From: Candidatus Izemoplasmatales bacterium
Lineage (GTDB): Bacteria > Bacillota_I > Bacilli_A > Izemoplasmatales > Hujiaoplasmataceae
Length of the DNA stretch: 64,000 nt
Assembly (NCBI GenBank): GCA_050949045.1
Contig: JBMNEZ010000001.1
Span: 992,001-1,056,000, forward strand
Direction: 5' to 3'
Shown here one piece after another: positions 42,197 through 51,338 of this stretch. A model generated the notes under the pieces. It was not told the DNA's origin and did not search any database. It was given only the letters and a program-made list of their open reading frames with translations. Position numbers and translations under genes: made by a program. Position 1 is the stretch's first letter, and every line of letters begins with the position of its first letter.

Positions 42197-42337
42197 ACAT
42201 ACCTCCTTTCATTTAATAAACATAAATGATCGAAGTTTTATTGGCTATAAACATAGCGATTTTGCTGTATCTGTCAATATCCGCTTTTGTAGAATTATTT
42301 AGGATTTCACATTTCAGTCGCCTTATAATCTTCAAGA

Positions 42338-42465
42338 TCAGAGAATGAACTGTACTGTCTTTTGTCTCATTTTCTCGAAGTATTTACTGTTATTGCCTGG
42401 CATGGTTTTTCCCTGTCGTTTTCTATGCGTATGCTTTCATAGCCCACTGTTCAAAATCCATACCA
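42338..42465 (-). mobile_element. IS3-family left-end remnant with truncated OrfA
   Basis: Begins TGGTATGGA on the minus strand, followed by a 21-aa ORF MPGNNSKYFEKMRQKTVQFIL (42403-42338) resembling IS3 OrfA N-termini (KY..E.R...V..I). Confidence 0.65.
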
Positions 42466-42623
42466 ATTCAAACTACTCTCTTAAATAATAAATAAAACAC
42501 TCCGGTCTACACGACTTTGGGTGTTCTTTGTGAAAACACTCATTCTCGATCGGTAACTAACCGCTAATATTGCATTGAATGGCCTAGCATGAATCAATAA
42601 AAAGTAAATTGTTGGATATATTT

Positions 42624-42651
42624 ATTATAGCATGTCCAATCATGAAATCAA
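42624..42651 (-). promoter_or_regulatory. promoter facing into the island
   Basis: TTGATT-16 bp-TATAAT with TGn extension. Confidence 0.55.
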
Positions 42652-42805
42652 GATGACTACAAAAAATCACTAATTTTTGTTTATCTAATTCGCCTGTTGG
42701 CGGTATTACTTTTATATGACTGTAAATAAATGGTCATTCCAATGTGTTTCTTAGATATGGCTTTGAGTCAAACATCATGAGAAAAACTGATCTAATCCGA
42801 CATTT

Positions 42806-42842
42806 AAAAACATCTCTTTTCCTAATCAAAGAGATGTTTCTT
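42806..42842 (-). terminator. terminator after ffh, at right island boundary
   Basis: AAACATCTCTTT / AAAGAGATGTTT hairpin with T-tract. Confidence 0.75.
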
Positions 42843-42911
42843 GGTTCTGATTTCCTTCTGTCTGGTTAATTAAATTTGATTATTGGGATTCACTACACAT
42901 AGAATGTCGTA

Positions 42912-44285
42912 TTATTTCTTCGGCTTGGGAATAAATCCTTGAGGATTATTGATTTTGTCAGCCATTTTTTCCAATGACTGCGGCGACATCGATGACATCT
43001 GTTTCATCATTTTCTGTTGTTTTTCCAGCATTGACATCAAGCGGTTGACTTCTGTCGAACTCCGTCCGGAGCCTTCGGCGATCCGGCGGCGGCGGGAACT
43101 GCTACGTTCGAGCAATTCGGGATGCTTCCGCTCCTCGGGAGTCATCGACTTGATGATCGCCTCGATATAGACCAGTTGTTTGTCGTCGATCTTTTCAGAG
43201 TTCGCGAGCGCAGACATTCCCGGTAAGAACTTGAGAATCCCCGACAATGCTCCGAGGCGTTTGATCATCTTCAACTGCTTAAGCAAGTCATTGAAGTTGA
43301 ACTTCCCCGAAAGCATTTTTTCCATCATCGACATCGCTTCCGCCTCGTCAATCTCCTCGGTCGCTTTTTCGATCAGGGTGACAACATCCCCCATCCCGAG
43401 AATTCGCGAAGCCATCCGTTCCGGATGGAAGATCTCGATGTCGGTGAGTTTTTCTCCCGTGGTGGCGAATTTAATCGGCACTCCCGTCACTTTCCGAACT
43501 GAAAGCGCCGCGCCGCCTCTCGTGTCGCCATCGAGTTTGGTGAGAACACAGCCGGTGATGGCGAGCGCTTCATGGAACGCTTTCGCGACGTTGACGGCAT
43601 CCTGGCCGGTCATCGCATCGATCGTCAAGAGGATCTCTTCGGGTTTTGCCAGCTTCTTGATCGCAATCAGCTCGTCCATCAATGTCTCATTAATATGAAG
43701 TCTGCCGGCGGTATCGATGATGACTAGATCGTGACCGTTATTCTTGGCATATTTAAGCGCCTCGGAAACGATCTGTTCGGGCTTTGGACGCGTTCCCTGT
43801 TCAAAAACCTCAATTTCTAATTGGGTTCCGATTGTTTTGAGTTGTTCGATCGCGGCCGGACGGTAAATGTCGGCTGCGACGAGCAGCGGTTTCTTCTGAT
43901 GATTTTTTCTAATAAATCCCGCTAGTTTCCCGGCGGTGGTGGTCTTTCCGGTTCCCTGGAGCCCGACCAGCATCACGGTGGTCAGCCCTTTGTCGGCTAA
44001 AATCAGATCTGCCGCATCCGAGCCCATCAGCTTCTTGAGTTCATCGTTGACAATCTTGACGACTTGTTGCCCGGGATTGAGGCCTTTCAGTATTTTCTCG
44101 CCAAGAGCGAGTTCCCGAATCTCATCGGTAAATTCTTTTACTACTTTGTAGTTGACATCTGCCTCAAGAAGCGAGAGCCTTACCTCGCGGAGCATTTCCT
44201 CGATGTCATTCTCTGTCAGTCTCGCCTTGCCGGTCAGACGTCTGAAAGCCATTTGGAAACGGCTGGTCAAATTCTCAAATGCCAT
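42912..44285 (-). CDS. ffh: signal recognition particle protein
   Basis: GLQGTGKTT, DTAGRL and TKLDGDTRGG motifs, Met-rich M domain. Confidence 0.98.
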   Translation of the reverse strand: MAFENLTSRFQMAFRRLTGKARLTENDIEEMLREVRLSLLEADVNYKVVKEFTDEIRELALGEKILKGLNPGQQVVKIVNDELKKLMGSDAADLILADKGLTTVMLVGLQGTGKTTTAGKLAGFIRKNHQKKPLLVAADIYRPAAIEQLKTIGTQLEIEVFEQGTRPKPEQIVSEALKYAKNNGHDLVIIDTAGRLHINETLMDELIAIKKLAKPEEILLTIDAMTGQDAVNVAKAFHEALAITGCVLTKLDGDTRGGAALSVRKVTGVPIKFATTGEKLTDIEIFHPERMASRILGMGDVVTLIEKATEEIDEAEAMSMMEKMLSGKFNFNDLLKQLKMIKRLGALSGILKFLPGMSALANSEKIDDKQLVYIEAIIKSMTPEERKHPELLERSSSRRRRIAEGSGRSSTEVNRLMSMLEKQQKMMKQMSSMSPQSLEKMADKINNPQGFIPKPKK

Positions 44286-44613
44286 TGTATCCCTCGATTT
44301 TTTCTAACTCGTCGATCAATTCTAAAAGTTGCTTTTTTGTCATCGTTTCATGAGTTTGTTTGAAATAATATTGTCTCATTTTTCTGCGTTTCAGTACATT
44401 CAGCTTATCCTCATAATAATTGAGAATCCCGACCACGTTTTTGATTTGTTCAAAGACGGCATTTCTGCTTACGTCCATGATCTTCGCGATCTCGGAAAGC
44501 GAATAGTCGTCAAAATAATAATAGGAAAAATAGGCTTTTTGTTTATCGGTAAGCAAAGAACCGTAAATGTCATATAGTTGATGGTGTCTGATTTTTTCTT
44601 GGAGTTGATCCAT
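44275..44613 (-). CDS. ylxM: YlxM-family SRP-associated protein
   Basis: YGSLLTDKQ..YYFDDYSLSEIA..VSRNAV, located between ftsY and ffh. Confidence 0.93.
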   Translation of the reverse strand: MDQLQEKIRHHQLYDIYGSLLTDKQKAYFSYYYFDDYSLSEIAKIMDVSRNAVFEQIKNVVGILNYYEDKLNVLKRRKMRQYYFKQTHETMTKKQLLELIDELEKIEGYNGI

Positions 44614-44680
44614 GATCGCGTCTTTGCCTCAAAATAGTTTGAGGCAAACTCTCCTTTCTTTATCGCTAACAAGTTGTCGA

Positions 44681-45652
44681 TCAGTCGAAAAAGTCTGCGA
44701 ACAGACCATAGATGTAGTCTTCGATATCGAAGTGGCCGAGATCATCGATCTTCTCGCCGAGACCGACGAAACTGATCGGGATGCCCAACTCTTCCCGGAT
44801 GGCGAGAACGATCCCGCCCTTGGCGGTGCCGTCGAGTTTAGTCAGGATGATACCGGTGATTTCGGTCGCCTCGTTAAAAACCTTGGCCTGGTTGAGCCCG
44901 TTCTGACCGGTGGTCGCATCAATCACAAGATATGTCAAAAAAGGTTTGCCCGGCATTTCTTTTTTGATCGTTCTGCCCATCTTCTCGAGTTCTTTCATCA
45001 AATTGACCTTGTTTTGAAGACGGCCAGCGGTGTCAATTAAGAGAACGTCGGTTTTGGTTTTCTTTGCTTCCCGGATCGCCTCAAAAACCACGCTCGAAGG
45101 ATCGGATCCCGGTTGTTTCTCAATTACGGGGCACCCGACCCGCTCTCCCCAGATTTTGAGTTGGTCAATGGCGCCGGCTCGAAAAGTGTCCGCCGCCCCC
45201 ATCATCACCGATTTGCCTTCGTTTTGAAGCCTGTGGGCGAGTTTACCGATCGAAGTAGTCTTGCCGGTGCCATTGACCCCGACAAACAATATGACCGTGA
45301 GATCATTTTCATTGAATTTGATATTCGTATCGATGATTTCGCCTTTTAAATACAGATCAAACAATTTGTCGACTATCAGCGATTTGAGTTCATCGGCGGA
45401 TTCGAGTTTCAATCTCTTCGTTTCCGCCTTTAGAAGGGCAACGAACTTGACGACAGTGTCGACGCCAATATCGGCCATGATGAAGATTTCCTCGAGTTTG
45501 TCAAACAATAGATCATCGATTCTGTTATTCTTCAAAAGGACATCTTTCAAAGAATAAAGCGAACCGGCGCGGGTCTTTCTCATCCCCAGTTTGAATTTTT
45601 CACGCTCGAGGCGCTTTTCCTTGGTTTGGAACAGTCTTTGGAATATGCCCAT
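44681..45652 (-). CDS. ftsY: SRP receptor FtsY
   Basis: [23 protein letters not shown] and [10 protein letters not shown] motifs. Confidence 0.98.
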   Translation of the reverse strand: MGIFQRLFQTKEKRLEREKFKLGMRKTRAGSLYSLKDVLLKNNRIDDLLFDKLEEIFIMADIGVDTVVKFVALLKAETKRLKLESADELKSLIVDKLFDLYLKGEIIDTNIKFNENDLTVILFVGVNGTGKTTSIGKLAHRLQNEGKSVMMGAADTFRAGAIDQLKIWGERVGCPVIEKQPGSDPSSVVFEAIREAKKTKTDVLLIDTAGRLQNKVNLMKELEKMGRTIKKEMPGKPFLTYLVIDATTGQNGLNQAKVFNEATEITGIILTKLDGTAKGGIVLAIREELGIPISFVGLGEKIDDLGHFDIEDYIYGLFADFFD

Positions 45653-45719
45653 CTCGATATCTCCTAACTGATAGTATTATATCATAAACGCTTTGGTCTT
45701 AGACAAAGATATCTTCAGT

Positions 45720-45750
45720 AAAAAAACGCTTCTCCCGGAGGCGAAGCGTT
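45720..45750 (-). terminator. terminator after topA
   Basis: AACGCTTC / GAAGCGTT hairpin plus T7 on the minus strand. Confidence 0.75.
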
Positions 45751-45764
45751 CAAGAACATGATAA

Positions 45765-47837
45765 TCAATCTTTGACTATGAAGCCACAGCTTTGATCGTC
45801 GATGCAACGGACTTGTCCGCTTTGTTCGATGACAAGCACCTTCCCGCAATGCGGACAAAAGTCATCGGAAACCTCGAATAGCGCAATATATTTGCACTTG
45901 GGATAGGTGCTGCAACCTAGGAAGTTGTGTCCCTTGTTTCTGCCTTTAGTCGCGGTCCTGATCACAAGCGTCCCTTGCTTGCAACTAGGACATTTGACTT
46001 TGGTGTCGACCGGCTGCGGTCTGGTTGGGTTTTGATCCTGCTTGACATATTTGCAGGCGGGGTAATTGCCGCAAGCTTCAAAATCGCCGTAACGGCCTTT
46101 TCTGATCACCATCGGCGATCCGCAATTGGGACATGACTCGCCGGTTTCCACCGGCTTTTCTTTTTTTAGATCCTTGAAAGCGGCATCCACCAAAGGGATG
46201 AAGTAGGAATAAAAATCACTGATGACCCTTAGTTGCTCGTCGTCGCCTTCGGCGATAAGATCCAGTTTTTCTTCCATTTCCCGAGAGTAATTGGCACTGA
46301 TAAACTCACTGAAATGGTGTTCAAGACTGGCAATTGTTTTTATGCCTTGTTCGGTCGGCTGGAATTTTCTCTCCTTGATCGCAACATACTTTCTAGTTTT
46401 CAGCGTTTTGATCGTCTGGGCATAGGTCGATGGCCTGCCGATGCCGAGATCTTCCATTTCCTTGATCAACTTGGCTTCCGAATAGCGCGCGGGCGGCGTC
46501 GTGAACATTTGCTTTGCCTCGACCTTGGTTGCTTTGATGCTCGACCCTTGAAGACAATAAGGAAGGTTTTTGTCCTCAATTTCGTCTTCTTCCACGCCAT
46601 AAATCACCTGATAGCCGTCAAATACCAGCTTCCGACCGGTTGATTTGAAGAGTGTATTGTTGTTTTCCAGTTCAATTGTCGTCTGGTCGTATTGCGCCGG
46701 AGTCATCAGCGATGCGATTGCGCGGTTGAATATGAGTTTGTATAATTGAAGTTCATCTTTGCTAAGATAAGGCTTCAGATATTCCGGAGTATACTTGAGA
46801 TTGGTCGGCCTGATTGCTTCGTGAGCTCCCTGAATCTTGTTTTTTGAAGTTTCTTTTTTGGGTTGGCCCAAATAAGTTTTACCATAGCGTTTAATGATAA
46901 AGGCTTCAGCCTCGGCGATGAATCCCGGGGTCAGCCTGATCGAATCGACACGCATATAAGTGATGAGGCCAACTTGTTCGTTTCCTACCTGAATGCCTTC
47001 GAACAGCCTTTGGGCGATTTGCATCGTTTTCTGGGAACTGAAATAAAGCCTTTGGGAAGCTTCCTGTTGGAGGGTGGATGTGATAAACGGCGGTTTGCTG
47101 GGGATATTTCGCCTTGTGGTCTCGCAGGAATAGACGCTGAATGCGGGTGAAAGGTTGGCGATCACGGCGTTCGCATCTTCAAGAGAGACGATCTTGGCGG
47201 ATTTGCCATCGATTTTTACCAACTTTGCATCAAAATCCGAGAATTTGGCAAAAATGTCATAATACTCCTCGATCACAAACTTGTCGATTTCTCTTTCTTT
47301 GTCGACAATCAGCTTCAAAGCTGCGCTCTGGACTCTCCCCGCCGATCTGGATTTGATCTTGATCTGAAGTAACTTGCTGAGTTTGAAACCGATGATCCTA
47401 TCAATAATCCTCCTAGTCTCTTGGGACGACACCAAATTCATGTCGATGTCTTTGGGATTGGCAAAAGCCTCAAGGATCGCCTGCTTGGTCATCTCGTTGA
47501 AGACAACGCGGTGGCATTTTTTGCCATTTATTTCCAAAGTGTCAAAAAGATGCCAACTGATCGCTTCCCCCTCGCGATCCGGATCGGAGGCGAGAAAAAT
47601 TTCGCCGGCGTCTATTACAGCCTTGTTCAATTCTTTGACGATATTTATCTTGTCCTTGAGAACAACGTATTTGGGCTTGAAGCCCTGTTTGACATCAATT
47701 CCAAGCCCCCCCGGGCCTGATATCGCCAGATCGCGAATATGGCCCTTGGATGATTTGACGGTATACTCGTTTCCCAAATACTGCCCGATGGTCTTTGATT
47801 TGGTCGGTGATTCGACAATTACAAGTTTTGTGGTCAC
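45765..47837 (-). CDS. topA: DNA topoisomerase I
   Basis: IVESPTK, DPDREGEAI, SAGRVQS and ITYMR motifs, C-terminal Zn ribbons. Confidence 0.98.
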   Translation of the reverse strand: MTTKLVIVESPTKSKTIGQYLGNEYTVKSSKGHIRDLAISGPGGLGIDVKQGFKPKYVVLKDKINIVKELNKAVIDAGEIFLASDPDREGEAISWHLFDTLEINGKKCHRVVFNEMTKQAILEAFANPKDIDMNLVSSQETRRIIDRIIGFKLSKLLQIKIKSRSAGRVQSAALKLIVDKEREIDKFVIEEYYDIFAKFSDFDAKLVKIDGKSAKIVSLEDANAVIANLSPAFSVYSCETTRRNIPSKPPFITSTLQQEASQRLYFSSQKTMQIAQRLFEGIQVGNEQVGLITYMRVDSIRLTPGFIAEAEAFIIKRYGKTYLGQPKKETSKNKIQGAHEAIRPTNLKYTPEYLKPYLSKDELQLYKLIFNRAIASLMTPAQYDQTTIELENNNTLFKSTGRKLVFDGYQVIYGVEEDEIEDKNLPYCLQGSSIKATKVEAKQMFTTPPARYSEAKLIKEMEDLGIGRPSTYAQTIKTLKTRKYVAIKERKFQPTEQGIKTIASLEHHFSEFISANYSREMEEKLDLIAEGDDEQLRVISDFYSYFIPLVDAAFKDLKKEKPVETGESCPNCGSPMVIRKGRYGDFEACGNYPACKYVKQDQNPTRPQPVDTKVKCPSCKQGTLVIRTATKGRNKGHNFLGCSTYPKCKYIALFEVSDDFCPHCGKVLVIEQSGQVRCIDDQSCGFIVKD

Positions 47838-47861
47838 GGCGCCACCTCTTTCTCGGTATTT

Positions 47862-47890
47862 AATATATAATCATCTCGCCTGCTTGTCAA
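47862..47890 (-). promoter_or_regulatory. topA promoter
   Basis: TTGACA-17 bp-TATATT. Confidence 0.65.
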
Positions 47891-47997
47891 TCTTTTTGAG
47901 TTGAAAAAGCCAGTCTGTTTCCCAGCAATTTTTGTTAATATTTTCAATATTAAAATCACAAAGAAAAAACCGCGATCAGCGGCATCCTTAATATGTG

Positions 47998-48843
47998 TTA
48001 AATGTTTAGAATGAATGTCATCCGGTCACAACCCTGCATATCCTTGACGGTTTTGACCGTGGAGCCAGGAAAGTTAGCCACAGCCATGTCCCGGATGCTT
48101 GCGGCCGTGTCATACGCATGCTCGAAGGCAATCAAGTATTTGTCGTTCAAATAGTATTTAGCAGTTTCCAGAATCCGTCTGTAATAAAGAAGCCCATCGC
48201 TCCCGCCAAAAAGCGCCAGGTGGGGTTCATTGTCGAAGACGATTTTCTCTATGGTTTCGTTTTCCGGAATATAAGGAGGATTGGCGACGATGATGTCAAA
48301 CTTCATCCCTTCGAGCGGACTGAGCAAATCGCCTTCGAGAAAGGTGATGTCAGCCGCAAGCCTGTCGGCATTCTCCTTGGCTGTTTCAAGGGCATCATGG
48401 CTGATGTCGGTCGCATAGACCTCGATTGCGGGGGCTTCCTTTTTGATTGCAATCGCAATACAGCCGGACCCGGTGCCGATATCCGCAAGGCGGACCGGAC
48501 GCGATAGGAAATGTTCGTCGTATAACAAAAGAACCTGGTTGGCTAGTTCCTCGGTCTCATGTCGTGGAATCAGGACCTTTTCGTTGACATTGATCTTGTG
48601 GCCAAGAAAAAAGACCGAGCCGATGATGTACTGAACGGGTCGGTTCTTCTGAATGTGCTCGACAATCGCATCATGAAAACGTTGATAGTGCCGATAGGGC
48701 ATCTCTTTATCATAGCGAAGATAGAGTTCGGTGGTTTTTAAACCGGCAAAATGCAACATCAGCATTTCCGCAGCGGTCGTTTCTTTCCCTGCTTTTCTAA
48801 GATTATTCTTCGCCTCGCGAAGCGCTTCTTCATAAGAGGGCAT
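47998..48843 (-). CDS. prmC: release factor glutamine methyltransferase
   Basis: LIPRHETE, DIGTGSGCIA and NPPY motifs, downstream of prfA. Confidence 0.95.
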   Translation of the reverse strand: MPSYEEALREAKNNLRKAGKETTAAEMLMLHFAGLKTTELYLRYDKEMPYRHYQRFHDAIVEHIQKNRPVQYIIGSVFFLGHKINVNEKVLIPRHETEELANQVLLLYDEHFLSRPVRLADIGTGSGCIAIAIKKEAPAIEVYATDISHDALETAKENADRLAADITFLEGDLLSPLEGMKFDIIVANPPYIPENETIEKIVFDNEPHLALFGGSDGLLYYRRILETAKYYLNDKYLIAFEHAYDTAASIRDMAVANFPGSTVKTVKDMQGCDRMTFILNI

Positions 48844-48844
48844 G

Positions 48845-49912
48845 TCAGTTTTGAACCTGAAGTTTTTGTTTTTGTTCTTCAGAAACCAGCGCATCAATCA
48901 ACGGGTCGAGACGCCCTTCGATGATGCGGTCCAGCTGTTGAATCGTAAAGCCGATGCGGTGATCGGTAACCCGATTTTGGGGATAATTGTAGGTTCTGAT
49001 CTTCTCCGAACGATCGCCGGTGCCGATTTTGCTCTTGCGCTCCTCGCCTTCCTTGTCAAGTTTTTCCTGAAGCATTTTGTCATATAAGCGGGAACGGAGG
49101 ATCCGCATCGCCTGTGCTTTATTCTCATGCTGGCTCTTGCCGTCCTGGCATTGGACGACGGTTCCCGTGGGAATGTGGGTCAGCCTGACCGCCGATTTGG
49201 TGGTATTGACAGATTGCCCTCCCGGACCGGAAGAACAAAAAGTGTCGACGCGGATATCTTCGGAATTGAGTTCGAAATCAAGTTCTTCAGCCTCGGGAAT
49301 GACGAGCACTGTCGCTGTCGAGGTGTGGATCCGCCCCTGGGCTTCGGTCACCGGGACTCTTTGAACCCGGTGGACTCCCGACTCGTATTTCATCAGAGAA
49401 TAGACGCTGTCGCCGCTGATCATGAATTCGATATGGCTGTATCCACCCGTTTCCGATGGCAAAGCATAGAGCGTCTCAAGTTTCCAATTCTTGCCTTCGG
49501 CGTATTTCGCATACATCCGAAACAAGTCGCCGGCAAAGATGTTGCCTTCGTCGCCGCCGGCGGCGCCGCGGATCTCGACAATGACATTCTTTTCATCGTT
49601 CGGATCCTTCGGTACCAACAAAAGCTCGAGTTCAGACTCGAGAATGTTGCTTCTTTCATATAAATCGTCGAGTTCCGTCTCGACAAGTTCGCGAATTTCC
49701 GGATCCTCGTCGCGGTGCATCTCCTTGAGCTCATCTGTTTGCTGGATTATTTCTTTGTATTCACGGTACTTCAGCACGATTTTCTCCAGCGACCGCAGCT
49801 CTTTGGACAAATGCTTGACTTTTTCGATGTCCGTCGAGATGGCAGGATCCTGAAGGCTTTCGCTGATCTCATCGTAGCGGTGCTCGATAAAATCAAGTTT
49901 TTCGGTAATCAT
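48845..49912 (-). CDS. prfA: peptide chain release factor 1
   Basis: PVT anticodon motif and GGQ motif. Confidence 0.98.
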   Translation of the reverse strand: MITEKLDFIEHRYDEISESLQDPAISTDIEKVKHLSKELRSLEKIVLKYREYKEIIQQTDELKEMHRDEDPEIRELVETELDDLYERSNILESELELLLVPKDPNDEKNVIVEIRGAAGGDEGNIFAGDLFRMYAKYAEGKNWKLETLYALPSETGGYSHIEFMISGDSVYSLMKYESGVHRVQRVPVTEAQGRIHTSTATVLVIPEAEELDFELNSEDIRVDTFCSSGPGGQSVNTTKSAVRLTHIPTGTVVQCQDGKSQHENKAQAMRILRSRLYDKMLQEKLDKEGEERKSKIGTGDRSEKIRTYNYPQNRVTDHRIGFTIQQLDRIIEGRLDPLIDALVSEEQKQKLQVQN

Positions 49913-49960
49913 TTTAATTATTCTCGCCTTCCCAAGGTTTCAAAAAAACAGCCGGAGAGG

Positions 49961-51319
49961 TCAATCATCCCAGGACTGTTTTTCAGCGTATGCCTCGGCT
50001 TGAGCCGGGCTCAGATTGCTGAAGGTGGAGACGTTTCTGTTGAAGAGCAACTCGAAATCGCCAATCGTGCCAGAGCGGTTCTTGGCGATGTTGATCTCGA
50101 CATGGTTCTTCTTCGTAGTCTCCTGGTCGTAGTAATCCTCACGATACATGAGGAGAATGATATCGGCATCCTGTTCGATCGAACCGGATTCGCGAAGGTC
50201 AGCCATCACCGGTTTTCTTTCTTTGCGCTGCTCAACGCTTCGAGAAAGCTGGCTGAGCGCAACCACCGGGACTTTGAGTTCTCGGGCCACTTCTTTCAAG
50301 ACCCGGCTGATCTCGGATACTTCTTGGACTCTGTTTGCCTGATTATAGACAGAGCCCGAAAGCAACTGCAGATAATCGACGACGACAAGATCGAGTTTGT
50401 CATCTTGTTTGAGCTTACGGCATTTGCTTCTGAGATCGGTGACCTTGACCGTTCCGGAATCGTCAAAATAAAGATTCAGCCCTGAGAGAACGCTGAGGGC
50501 ATAATGGATCTTATCCCATTCCTGTGGCGAAATTTTGCCTTGTCGCATCCTAGAGTTATCCACTTGCGACTGGCAACTCAGAAGTCGCATCACCAATTGG
50601 TCAACGCCCATCTCAAGAGAGAAAAAGGCCACGTGCGGTCTTGACTGAAGTTTGGCGACATTGAGCGCGATATTGAGCGCAAAAGCCGTCTTTCCCATCG
50701 AAGGTCTGGCAGCGATGATGATCAAATCCGAGGGTTGGAGCCCCAGAGTATATCGATTGAGATCATAGTATTTGGTGTCAAGCCCAGTGATGGCGGATCC
50801 GATCTGGGCTTGTTCGGCAATCTTTTCGACGATGATGTTGGCAACTTCGCCGACAGCCTTGAAGTCGCTGGTCCGTTTCTCTTTGGTGATGCTCATAATT
50901 TCTTTCTCGACATCGTCGATAAAATCGGGAGTGTTGTCGGTTAAATAGGAATCATCGATGATTTTCCGACATGAATCCTGGATCTTTCTCAAAACCGATT
51001 TGTCTTTGACGATGTTGATATAGTTAAGCAGATTGGCGATCGAGGGAACGGCGTCGATCAGACCGGAGATATATTCAATCCCGCCGGCCTTGACAAGGAG
51101 ATTGTGGTTTTCCAACCGGTCGGTGAGCGTGGTGTAGTCGATTTCGATGCCTTCGTGATAGAGAGCTTTCATCGTCCGGAAGATCACCTGATGGTTTGGT
51201 GAAAAGAAATCGGATTCCTGGATTTTATCAACGATTGTCTTCATCGAAGCCGGATCAAAAAAGACCGATCCCAAGACTGCTTGTTCGGCTTCGATATTTT
51301 GTGGGGCTTTTCGTTCCAT
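49961..51319 (-). CDS. dnaB: replicative DNA helicase
   Basis: PQNIEAEQAVLG, ARPSMGKT, DYLQL and DLRESGSIEQDAD motifs. Confidence 0.98.
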   Translation of the reverse strand: MERKAPQNIEAEQAVLGSVFFDPASMKTIVDKIQESDFFSPNHQVIFRTMKALYHEGIEIDYTTLTDRLENHNLLVKAGGIEYISGLIDAVPSIANLLNYINIVKDKSVLRKIQDSCRKIIDDSYLTDNTPDFIDDVEKEIMSITKEKRTSDFKAVGEVANIIVEKIAEQAQIGSAITGLDTKYYDLNRYTLGLQPSDLIIIAARPSMGKTAFALNIALNVAKLQSRPHVAFFSLEMGVDQLVMRLLSCQSQVDNSRMRQGKISPQEWDKIHYALSVLSGLNLYFDDSGTVKVTDLRSKCRKLKQDDKLDLVVVDYLQLLSGSVYNQANRVQEVSEISRVLKEVARELKVPVVALSQLSRSVEQRKERKPVMADLRESGSIEQDADIILLMYREDYYDQETTKKNHVEINIAKNRSGTIGDFELLFNRNVSTFSNLSPAQAEAYAEKQSWDD

Positions 51320-51338
51320 GGATATCCTCCCTTTTAGG

